The position numbers and the translations under genes were made by a program. A DNA stretch of 62,278 nucleotides, filler included, from Hausera hauseri (taxonomy: Eukaryota): NCBI GenBank assembly GCA_046269625.1. It is 12 parts of 12 records of this genome, joined end to end, with 100 filler letters (N's around TTAATTAATTAA, not from the genome) between each part and the next. Parts side by side here need not be neighbours in the genome. Positions count along the whole stretch, not along the records: positions 8,567 to 14,262 come from JBJURY010204524.1; positions 14,363 to 18,533 come from JBJURY010722436.1; positions 18,634 to 23,302 come from JBJURY010482354.1; positions 23,403 to 27,669 come from JBJURY010667552.1; 8 more parts are not named here. One strand, 5' to 3'. The notes beneath the pieces were generated by a model. The model was not told the origin of the DNA. It saw only the letters and a program-made list of their open reading frames with translations, and did not search any database. Numbering within the stretch: the first letter of the stretch is position 1; every line of letters begins with the position of its first letter. Of this stretch, positions 13,429 through 24,699 are shown piece by piece.

Positions 13429-14362
13429 TATATATATCAAATACAATTTATGACATCTAAAATTAGGCATGTTGTACCAATCCATCTTTATTAAAAGTAA
13501 TATTCCAATCATGTATAATATTTATACATCTTATTTAATTAAGAAATAACTCAATCCTCCATTTGCTTTTTAGTAGCATAATGACTTGTTTTGTCTCAAA
13601 TCACAACTGACTTTAAATATGGATGACTTTATTGTTGAAAATAATTTAATGCAATTAAGTGAGTTGATGAATTTCAATTAAAATTATATTAGTGCTCCAC
13701 AGTTGATAAACCATTTCTTTGGTTGCTAAGAAACAACTGCCGTTAATATTTCCCGTCAAATATAAGGGACTCAGACAAATCCCTTTCCATTATATGTACC
13801 AGGAATATGTTCTATGGGCGGTGATGGTCCATGGAACGATGATTATAACTGATTGAAATAAATCAAATCCATTATTTTATTTGAATTACGTATTGCTTCT
13901 AACATTTTGTAATCAGACGCAATTTCCTTTGTTATTTTAAGGGTCATAATTATTGCNNNNNNNNNNCGGCCGTTTTTCGAAATCCATGATTGACATTATT
14001 GTCTGTCACTATTGCCAGGATAAGTAGAAGACCATTTTACACGAATATATTGTGATCAAGAACCGCATTTTCTGTAATGCATGAATTACAATTGGCCAAA
14101 AATTAACGCGGCAGAAAATAAGTAGCAATGTGAACTGTTTGGTAAACTAACAATGCAAAATGTGATCTATAATGCTGGAATATTCCTTCAACATTTTTTG
14201 TCTCAAGTGCCTCTAATTTAGTAAACTATTATTATTCCATCACACCATACAATACAATACATNNNNNNNNNNNNNNNNNNNNNNNNNNNNNNNNNNNNNN
14301 NNNNNNTTAATTAATTAANNNNNNNNNNNNNNNNNNNNNNNNNNNNNNNNNNNNNNNNNNNN

Positions 14363-17085
14363 CTTGATTTGAATTTATACGGTTCGTCACCATTATTTTG
14401 TATAGGAGATAAGATATCGCCGTCACTATTTTATTTTTTGATATACTTGTTCCCATCATTCGCGAGAGTATATCTCTTTCTTGTATCTGGTTTATTCTAT
14501 AATCCGTAGGAATATCTGCGAATAGCTCACCAATTTTGCTATTTCGTTCCTGATAGTCTACATCAGTGAGTCCGGTATTTGCAAGTTTGTATTGAACTCA
14601 ACGAATCCATTGTGCATCCTTGCTAACACGGTTTGCAGTAATGTTGCCAATAATATGTTGCCTACATCATGCTCATCTTCAATTGATGCTCATCTTCATC
14701 GACAGTTTCATCATCTCTCGCTTTTCTGCCTTTTAATTGATAAAGTTTTGTCGTTCCTTTGGGTCCATCACGGTTCCTTTTATGTATCTGAATTTGTTCT
14801 GATATAGGAATATTTGTTTCGACTCCTATCTGTTGGGCTTCATGATGTGGTTCAGCTTCTTGTATTTCTTTCTATCTAACATCAGTAATAATTTCACCTA
14901 TTATTTTTTGCTCAGTTTGTCTGAAAGCAGGATTGTATCTAATTGCCCACATACCTACTTCGTATACAGGGTGCGCGGGATAAATTGGCAAACCTTGACC
15001 AAATAATTGAAAAAAGTCAATTCCTGAAAATATTTATTTTAAACTTAAAATATGTGTTTGTTAGCTTGTTTTGCAATACTTTACTCAAAGAAATCACTGT
15101 CATGATCTATGACTGCCTCAATTCCGGTCCAGAATCTTTTGCAGGTCTTCACAATTGCCTCCCTCTTTATGTGTGTCATCGCCTCTATCACCTTGGTCTT
15201 CAGTGATTCCATGTTGTTGTGAGGAATATTATTGACACCTCTTTGACAAACGCCCTACACGCAATAGTCGAGAGAGTTGCAGTCGGGAGAGCTGGATGGT
15301 CAAATTTCTTTCTCCCAAAATTCAGGCAGGTTGTCCAGCAGCCATTTTTGAGTTTTCTTGGCAGGGTGCGGAGGTGCGCCATCTTGTTAGCGACAAAATG
15401 TCTCCCAGCAGCAACCTGCCTCATCCAAGGCTCCACCACTGTCCTCATCACATCACTGTAGGCCTCTGTATTCACCTTTTGCCCCTTCTCAAAGAAGTGA
15501 GAGGGCATCATATCCCCTGAATTGGAGATGACGCCAAGGACCATGATGGTGGATGGAAACTTTGCCACCATGACTATCTCTACTCCCTAGGGGTCAGAAT
15601 ATAGCCACCTGTTGTTTCGTCTGTTTACCCTTTGATCCTGAGAGAAGTTTTTCTCATCGGAAAAGAAGATGAGCTCTCCGTGAGTTCGAGGGTGTTTGAT
15701 CCTAGCTAACTGAAACTAGGCCTTCTCAAGCCGCCCTTTCTTGGTATAAGCATTCATGAATTGGCCTCACTTAAGCGCATATGATCGGCAGTGAATACCC
15801 CCTCCACTACTCGTTTAATATTGGAGTCAGAAACTTGTAACTACTTCGCGGTAGAACTCATGGACCTGCCTGGATCGCTGTTGATCATGTCTTTCACCCT
15901 CTTCATGAAGTCATTGTCTTTTGTGTCGCTGAGCCTTTTGTGAGGCTTTGTGACGGAGGATACGTTTTAGGCAACTTTCCAGCTTTTATCTCAGAGTTGT
16001 ACCTTTTCTATTCATTGTACATTGTCCTCAGGAGGATGTTATTGAACTTTGAGATCTCTTTGGTAGTCCTACCGGTGCAAAGTCCGTGTATGATGGTTGC
16101 TCTAACATCTTGCTCCTTGCTCATTTTAAAATAAATCTGTCTAAAACATATAAGTAGATTAGAGAATCAGATTTCAAGTAATTCGGTTTGGAGGTTTAGA
16201 TTACATGTCGTCTTACATATACAACAATTCAAACATATTGCCTATTTATCCCGCACACCCTGTATGGTTTCATAATCTAGCAACATTCGTCCGTAAAAAC
16301 GTAAATTTAATTCTCCTCGAGGTTGGATTACATCGTTGATTTTATGTTTCAATACATCTATCGAATCCAACGACTTCGCTTTTAGAACATGGAAATTTTG
16401 GTTATATTGTTGGAGAGTAACCACCTCTTCGGGGATTTCTCCAACCGTTCTGACTCTATCAGCGTATTGGTCGATTGCATATCGTACAATGTTTTGATAT
16501 GGACTCTTGGCAGAAGCATATAATAACAACAGATCCAATAAATTAGCAATCTGTTGATGGCTAAGTGTAGATGGCAATAACATTAAAATGTGTTATCTGA
16601 ATTGAGTGCCATCAATTAGTTCTTGATTGGCATAGCTCGATATTTTTCGAACTATTTCTATGCCATCTTGATCCAAATCTACAGGTGAAGCCTCCATTTG
16701 TGGTGGTGGTTCCTTCAATTTCTTTCTTCTTATCCTTTTTACCTTCTCGCTTGACTCACTCTTCTCACTTCCGGAAGGTGAGTCTGACAAGGGGTCTTTA
16801 AACCTTCTTTTTGTATCAAAGGTTTATCTTTTCTTTTAACCTTTCTAACTTCAGTATTCGACTCTGATGCGGGGGTCTATTTAGGCCTGCCTACTGGGGC
16901 AATCGAACTATCATTATTCATTTTGTGCCTTTTTCCCCAAATTTGATGTTTTAATTCAGCTACTTTATCCTCATCGTCTATCGTATTTGTTTTGCTTTCT
17001 TTCAATTTGCCTCTCACCTTTTGTTGAAGCTTTTCTAATGTACATTCAGGCTCTGTATCTGTAGTTTTGTGTTCATTATCTGTAT
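14363..17085 (-). pseudogene. Decayed orphan coding region continuing 3' of gag (interrupted by the maT element)
   Basis: Consecutive minus-strand ORFs at 16877-17098, 16593-16790 and 16242-16583, and readable sequence beyond the insertion (YEVGMWAIRYNPAFRQTEQKIIGE). No protease or RT motif in ~1.4 kb. Confidence 0.5.
14967..16262 (-). mobile_element. DD37D (maT) Tc1/mariner transposon, decayed, inserted into the retroelement coding region
   Basis: TIRs CAGGGTGCGCGGGATAAATTGGCAA / CAGGGTGTGCGGGATAAATAGGCAA, TA duplication at 14965-66 and 16263-64. Motifs IFFSDEKNF, MVLGVISNSG and QDGAPPH...SPDCNSLDY, with 37 residues between D2 and D3. Contains stops and frameshifts. Confidence 0.92.
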
Positions 17086-17974
17086 CAGATATTACCAATT
17101 ATATCGGTATTCTTCTTTTTTGAACTTGGCTGTGCCTGATTAGGACAAGAACGGGTCATGCGCCCGTATTTCTGACAGACAAAACATAATGACTGCCCAT
17201 TCTGATTAACTACTGGTCCCCTCGTTGCAGATTTTTTGAGGTTAGTTTTGAAAAGTAACCTTCTTCTGTTGTTGTTCCGACTGATTCTGGAACTTATCAA
17301 ATGGCTTTTGTTGAAAATGTTTCACGTTTCTTAATCATTTCTGGGAGGCTTCTTTGTATTTTCCAGCCGTTCATAAGTAACTCAAATTTTCCTGGCTTTA
17401 CTGACAGCTTCTTTGTAAGTGTCAGGATCAGCAACGATAATATAATTTTGTATTTCTCTGGTAACTCCGTAACAGAACTCAGCCAGGAGAGTATATTCCC
17501 TTATGTCTTCACTTTCATAGGCCCTCTGAGCCTACTTCTGAAGGGCATATGCATATTCTTGCATAGTTTCACCTTTTCTGATGTCTCCTGTTAAATTCTC
17601 CAATTCGACCCATTCCTGATGGGTCTACTAAGAGCCTTTCCTCCAGACACTCTTTAAGGCTATCCCATTCAGCTTTTTTCTGCTCCTCTACTTGTGTATA
17701 AATACTAAGTGCTACTCCTTTAAGATGAAGTGGAAGGCGTTTTATTCTAAGCTCGTCTGCCCATCCGAAGCTTTCTGAGTATATGTGATACTCACTATAG
17801 TCCTGATCTAGTTTGCCTCCGAATTTATCCATCAGCAAAACCATTGTGTCATTGTTGCCTAAGCTGTCACCTAGTCCTGAACTAGATATCTGGGGACTGT
17901 CTCCTATTTGGAAATCTTCTGTCTCAGAATCGGATGGGCGTCTTGCCGAAACCGTGTTTTCAACAGTTATTCAT
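17085..17974 (-). pseudogene. gag: Ty3/Gypsy gag (capsid plus zinc knuckle), frameshifted
   Basis: DKFGGKLDQD...FGWADELRIKRLPLHLKGVALSIY capsid-like segment and CFVCQKYGRMTRSCP knuckle (H to R). Begins ~40 nt after the PBS. Confidence 0.8.
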
Positions 17975-18014
17975 AGTGTCTTGTTTACTAAGTAAATAAA
18001 CCGCCAGCGTGCTT

Positions 18015-18031
18015 CCTCACTCGGGGCATCA
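18015..18031 (-). promoter_or_regulatory. Primer-binding site (elongator tRNA-Met type, TGG to TGA mutated)
   Basis: Minus strand reads ...CTTAACA-T-TGATGCCCCGAGTGAGG, lying between an LTR end and gag. Confidence 0.8.
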
Positions 18032-18032
18032 A

Positions 18033-18533
18033 TGTTAAGTTTATAGGTTCTAAATAATTTAGGCCTCGCGACTTCAAACTTAATCTTTAATTATTCTTGT
18101 ATTAACTTGTGGCGTTACTCTGTATTACTTGGTCCCAGAGTGTGATTTGATCGCTAGAGGCACATTAGCGATAGTCCCCATTATTTATTCGATTTTTAAA
18201 CAACCGTCTTTATGAGACGGTGTATCGAAGTGGGGCCTTAGGTTCATACAGTTGTTATTAAGGTTGGTTTTAAGCAAATTTGACCATCTATTGATGTTGT
18301 CCTATTTTTCTGCCAATGTTCTAAAGTTTAAAAACCTAGTCACAGTTTCGTATATTGTGTTTTTATTATTTTTATTATTTCATGACAAAGAGTAATTATT
18401 TAAAGAGGAAATTAAAGAATAATATAATCTTAAATTTGTTACATCAAAAAGGCATAAATCAAAATTTAAGATGTACAAGAATATTTATTCATCCATTAAG
18501 CAAAGTCTCTAGAGTCGGATATCATTACTTTGC
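18033..18533 (-). mobile_element. 3' part of 5' LTR (truncated by contig end)
   Basis: Ends in TAACA 1 nt before the PBS; non-coding. Confidence 0.6.
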
Positions 18534-18633
18534 NNNNNNNNNNNNNNNNNNNNNNNNNNNNNNNNNNNNNNNNNNNNTTAATTAATTAANNNNNNNNNNN
18601 NNNNNNNNNNNNNNNNNNNNNNNNNNNNNNNNN

Positions 18634-19032
18634 GCAATCATTACGCCGTCCTAGTATATAAATGCATGTTCAAGTCCAAACAACATTTTATTCATCATTC
18701 GAGTGAAAATAGCAAGTCCGCTTGTAATACCGAATGACATGACATTAAATTCGTATACCCTATCATGAGTTTTAAATGCCGTCTTGTAGCAGTTTTTACT
18801 TGCCAGTATCCGGATTGCAAGACTAAAGTGGTAACCCATTTTGCTCCTGAGAGTATATATAGAGCTTATTTCACGAATGGTAATGGAAAAGTGCCTTTCA
18901 TCATCATGGCACTCAGAGTTCTACAACTGATACAAAATCGATGTTTTGTCGAACCTTTCTTTTTAACAATGAGTACAGGTAAATACCAAGATCTATAGCT
19001 ATTATCGGCACACGGCCTGATGATACCGTATT
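18634..19032 (-). pseudogene. Ty3/Gypsy reverse transcriptase fragment
   Basis: GIIRP...SWYLPVLIVKKKGSTKHRFC and KTAFKTHDRVYEFNVMSFG...IY*D. Clear homolog of the RT at 51313-52152. Confidence 0.88.
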
Positions 19033-19059
19033 TAAATATAAGTCTTCTTTGTCGTTTGC

Positions 19060-19900
19060 GATTATGTTAGACAATATGCTGTTCAACATCCATTTTCCAT
19101 ATACTTTCTTCGTATGCCTTTAGGAATTTACCGAAAGGTGTTACAAATCGCAGTTAAAATTTTACACGAAAAACTTGTCAACATGAATATCTCATATCAA
19201 CATATGATTGTTAGAATTACTGCTATGATTAGTTGTACTAGAAAATAATTGGCCAAAAATCCAGAGGCGGCTTATCCAAAAATTAAAAATCTTCCCCAGA
19301 TTTTATATAAGATTTTTGTGGTTAAACTTTGATAGTTGTTAATGCCAAGTAACGGTTCCAATTTTGCTTGATAGCGAATATCCTCTAACACAGTATACAT
19401 AGCTCGATTCAGTTCGTGCGTATGCTGACGTGGAAAAGTAATGGATTGTCTAAATGCTTCAACTTCTTTTTGTTTATAAATACCTTTAGTTGTGGTATCT
19501 TGAAATTTGTTATCAGTTATTCCTTTTACCAAGTTAGTTCCCGTCAATTTACTGGGTTGTGTTGTTATGTCTCAGTTTGGTAAGTTTACCCAGTCAATCT
19601 GAACACTGGCTCTCCTAAACTGGCCTTGTATTCCTTTTAGATCATTGGTTGAGTTGAGTTTGCCAAAAAAATTCTAGTATATGCACTGCCAGTCTCGGCG
19701 TACTCTGGTATAAAACAGGAATTTGTAGTATATAACTCTTTTCTACTACATTAATTGGGACGTCTCTTTTCTGGCATTTGTAAGTCAACAAAACTTCACC
19801 AGTGACTCAACCGCGAATATCCCTCTTCGGAATTAGTGGCAACGCTAACTCAGTATTGGCATATATCAAGGCTATTTTAGTTCTCATGATGTCCATGTCG
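19060..19900 (-). pseudogene. Chuvirus/gB-like (class III) envelope glycoprotein, C-terminal part, copy 1
   Basis: DIMRTKIALIYAN...GEVLLTYKC, KGIYKQKEVEAFRQSITFPRQ and KIWGRFLIFG*AASGFL. Collinear with copy 2 at 53452-54893. Confidence 0.75.
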
Positions 19901-22744
19901 AATTCGTTTGATTCATTTCCTTGATTAGCGTCAAGTGATGTCACATTTTGCACTACGTCTTCGATTCTGGTATCATTATTGCTTGAAGATGGTCTCGACT
20001 GGTAATAATCTTCTTTCTCAAATAATTTAGGCCAATTTATTTCTTGAAGCAGTTTCTTACAAACTTTTCTGGCTAAGCTAATGGCTTTATTATGCTTGTT
20101 TTCTCGCCATGGGTTTATTTTAATCTCTAAGTATAGGAACACTTTTCTTAACTTTTCTGTGCTATTCTCTACCATAATTTTCTCGGTCACCACTTCCTCA
20201 GTCAAGGTGCATTTAGACAATTTTAAACATGAATGTTTCATTGTTCTAGCTGCATTATATGTAACTTTCTTTTACTGGTCTGTTCCATCGCAGAGGAGAC
20301 CGGATTAATTTGCGATACGTATTACGTTTTCCATAAGCTTAGTGAGTTCATCACTATCCCAATTGATGGTAGGTATCGACATTTGCCTTAACTTTCTGAT
20401 TAAATCTCCGTTAAAACGTCTCCTCGTACATTGCTTGGTCTTTTAACTGGACGTTTTTGCTTTGTTGTAAGTGGCACAACTTACCAGATTTTTATCATAC
20501 CATTCTTTATCTTCCTCAGTTTTGCAAGTATTCGAAATACATTGCAGCATTTTGAACTCCTATGATTTGTTCTACACATTTCTCGGCTTTGTCTTTATGT
20601 ATAGCTTCTTCTTACGTTTCTTCATCTGCGATTACGGTCACTATATGTTTTGTTTCACTGGGGATAATTTCAACATCTATTAACGTCCAATGTCCTGTGT
20701 CTGAAGTAGAGTCGATAGTTTACTTCACTTTTAGACCGTTGTTTATTAGCCGATGTTTTACATTTATAACAGGTGAATCTGTTGTGCACTCGCATTCCTT
20801 TTCATCCATCCATTCAGACAACACTTTTACTTTTAGTGTTACATCAGACTTAGCCTTTAAGATCTTAGCATATTTTTATTAATAGTTTTGGCACAGCAGT
20901 ATAAATTGTGTTTCCGTTAGATCATTTAGTTAAAGTAGGAACGAGTTGTTTTAATCTATTTCCGTGATGTTTACATTAATTAATTCAAGTAAATCATTCT
21001 CAGTTAGCACCGGATCTAGAAGCATTTATGCACTCGATCTTCAATTCTGTGGGTAGACTCTCGCTTATTAAACGTGTGGTGGAGTTTTACCCTTGTTTTC
21101 GTCGATTATTGCATCCAAATATTCATCCCATTCTGCATCTTTTTATTGAAGTATCTGGTTGTCAAATTAGATTCTCATTTTGTGAAATATATCGTATTTC
21201 ACGTAGTCACTTTTCAATCTTAGCTTCTATACTGTTTGGAACCCGATTCCATCATAGTAATATGTTGTAACACATTTAACAACTGGCATAGTTTATCTGC
21301 TTGAATAAATCCTTTTACTTGGTAAGTAACAAATTCTGAAACAATTCACGCTGCATCTTTGCGCAAATTCTGATTTATTGGATATTTCCGGCTCGATAAA
21401 AGTATACTTTTTCAGTATATTTCAAGTTCTTTACTCAATTCATGCATTTCAGTTTTTCTTTGTACAGTAGGAATTAAAGTTTTTTGCATGCAAGGTATCT
21501 GGTTTTGCAACTGTCTCATTTTTCGTCATTTATTTCGTCTATTTCTGCTAATATTGATGTTAACTTGTCCATTTCCTTCAAAATTCTGGAATCAGCGTCT
21601 ATTTCTTCAATTAAGTTCTTTTACAAAATTAGATTCTTCAAAGGTAATAAGATGGTTATTCATTATTTTCATTAATTTGCCGTGCCATATTTGATCCCAT
21701 CCTAGTATCTCATTAGATGAGTTGCGGAAAAATTTGAACACATTCAATATGGAGTTATTATCTAGGAACATATGCCCAATATTTTCAGCTCTTGTATTAT
21801 TATTTCCTTTATGGGTTTGTTGTCAGATACCGGATTCCTTCCAAACGGACATCTACAATTTTTGGATAAAGGCCATGAGTCATACTTTTTTCGACTGAAA
21901 ATTCGTTTTTCAATCATTCACTTGACAACGACACTTCTTCATTTTTGCTCATAAATTTCAGTCGCCGGAATTCATTCAAGCGTGCTAGGATATTAGCTTC
22001 TGCTCTCATAGCATAAATCAAATGGTTTTCCTCTCAGATGGGTAACCATAACATGCTTTATCATGTTCATCAATCTCTCCAAATTACGTTTTTCTCAGTT
22101 TTCGGTTTTAACCCACAACTCTAGGGTATTAGTTCCACTTTTATCTACACGTTTAATTCATATTTCCATTTTTCTAACAACTCTCTTGGTATTTCTTCAG
22201 GTTTATTAAAATTTAGTCCTTCGTCAAATATTCCTTCATTATGTAACATCAATTTCTTATACATTCTTTTCGCGAATTACTGTTTCTTCCTGGAAATATA
22301 TACTTGTTGGGCCATTCTTTAAGTTTTTCTGCATTATGTCGTATCTCTTCATTCATTGGAGTGTTTCTTATATCTCTGAGTTCATAGGCATTTTTCCATG
22401 AGTTTCTGATTTTCTACATATTTTTATCGAATTTTTTAGTTGGTGTCGTCTCATCCTCACTTCGAGAAAATAAGCATATGTAATTTATACCGCTTGGTTT
22501 CTCAACCATAATCGGCATATCTAGACTGGGTCCTATGTTATTTTCTACAATCTTTTCGGTCTCTTGGGTTTTCTCTGAATTTTCTTTAGTCAATAGGAAC
22601 TGTCCTTAGGTTCCCGTTTAATTGATGGGTTTCTACCTCTATTTTTCGCAATTTTAAGTATTACTCCTTTCCAGCTACATCGGCTTCAATAAACTTTTTC
22701 ACGTTTTCAACTATACATGATCCGACAAATAATTTTAAGACTGT

Positions 22745-23302
22745 GCCTATAAAACGAGACAGAAACAAATTTTCTCACCTTCATTATTTTATTTATTCAA
22801 AGTAATCTCATCTTACTTAACTTCAATTTCAACTTGTGGAACAAAAGAATCTCGCGGAGCAAAATTAGGTGAATATGACGAATAATTGAGCACACAGACT
22901 TGATTTCGGGCCAAAAATTGGTGAAAAATAAGTGAATTACGAGATGACGCGTTATTGTGCTACAGCGACCAATTTTCTGGATTTTGATATTCATAACAAA
23001 TACGACGGATTCTTGTCATCAAACACGTCAAAACCTCGAGATAATAGTCGCTAGTAACTATTTAACGAGTGGTCAAAAACGAATTCTTTGTGGATAATTC
23101 CTTTGTTAGCAAAGAATATGATGAGCATTGTCTTGATTTTTAAAGCATTTTTCGATTTTTTCTTGCTGGTGGTGAATTTTTCGATTTCCATTCCTCACTT
23201 TGACGCTTCGTTTTTGGATCATATTAGAAGCACCGTGTTTCATAACCCGTAACAATTGAATTCAAGAAGTTTGTATCATTTTAGGCGGCTGCAGTAACGT
23301 CT
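22745..23302 (-). mobile_element. Mariner transposase remnant (catalytic part)
   Basis: FLNSIVTGYETRCF*YDPKTKRQSEEWKS and MLIIFFANKGIIHKEF; heavily decayed. Confidence 0.75.
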
Positions 23303-23789
23303 NNNNNNNNNNNNNNNNNNNNNNNNNNNNNNNNNNNNNNNNNNNNTTAATTAATTAANNNNNNNNNNNNNNNNNNNNNNNNNNNNNNNNNNNNNNNNNN
23401 NNTCAGATATTCTATTTCGAAAAATTTTTTGACCGCATGTCGAACTAAGCATTATTCGAAAAATCTGATGATGTCATTGGATACCCCATGTGCTAAAACC
23501 CCTATAACCGATTAAATTATTCCATGAAAATGTACTATATAGTTAAACATCAATAAATCGAATTAAGCAAAATGTGCATTTTATGTTCAATGAAGATAGT
23601 TAGGAAACAATATATGAGGAATAGGAATATGACGTCAGATATTCGAATACATTTTTCGACATCGAATGTTTAGCTATTGGAACTCAAAAATTCCCTTGAT
23701 ATGACATATGTTACCAGCACATTACCNNNNNNNNNNACTTCGCCTAAATTTCCTGCACATTACATAAAATCCCCAACACGTTACATATA

Positions 23790-24690
23790 CAGTCTCGAAA
23801 AAATTATTGCATACCCCAAAGTGTCGAAAAAAAGAAAATGATATTGTTCCAAAAACATTAATGTTAGATCAAATTATAACTCACTAACTGTTAGTATTTA
23901 GTGAATGAACCACTACTTCGGAGTACAGCTTCAACACGGTCTGCCATAGATTTGACCAAATTATTCCTGTAATCGTCATTTTGCATAAGCAAATTCCACT
24001 CATTGTTGACAAGGCGAAACAGATCATCAGACTTTTGAATGGTATCAATGGAATCGCTGACCTTTTTCTTTAACATCCGCCAAACATTTTCTATACAGTT
24101 AAGATCAGGACTAAGGCGTGGATGTTCTAAAGTTTCGATGAACTTGTTGAACCATGTTTTTGTAATACGTGCGGTATGAACTGGGCAATTGTCTTGCACA
24201 AATTACTCACCATGTGGTAATAAATAATTTCTAAGAATGTCTATGTAACGGTCAGCATTAAGTTTTTGTTCGATTTTAACTAGCTGACAATAACCCGATG
24301 CTGAAAAAACTCCCGAAACGGATACGTGACCTTTACTTCTGTAAACTACTTTTGCTACACAATAATCATGATGTCGTTCATTGGCTTTTATTCTAACGTA
24401 CTAATCAAAGTCAAGAGAAAGTTGAAAATACGATTAGTCAGAAAAGCATACCTTTTTCCAGTCATCAAAATTCCAGTCACACTTGGTAGTAGCCCACTGC
24501 ATACGTTGTTCCATGTGATGTTGTGTGAGTCTAGGTTTTCTGCTGGGAATACTTTCGAAAAAACCTTGTTCATGTAGTCGACTACGAACAATCTGAGAGG
24601 AGATATCGATATTTGTTTCTCCCACAAATCTCATCACAAATCGTCGGGTATGTAGGGTTTATTTGCGTTTAACAATCTGCAAAATGAGTT
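23790..24690 (-). mobile_element. Tc1-like transposon, 3' part with right TIR
   Basis: TA-CAGTCTCGAAAAAATTATTGCATACC terminus. Motifs WNFDDWKKVCFSD and QDNCPVH...SPDLNCIENVW (33-aa spacing, probably DD34E with a deletion). Confidence 0.88.
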
Positions 24691-24699
24691 TTTGCTGAT

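Noticed and set aside
13700-13860. Possible glycosyltransferase exon on the minus strand (SWYI...PLYLTG)
   Set aside because: Too short, contains a stop, and similarity is marginal.
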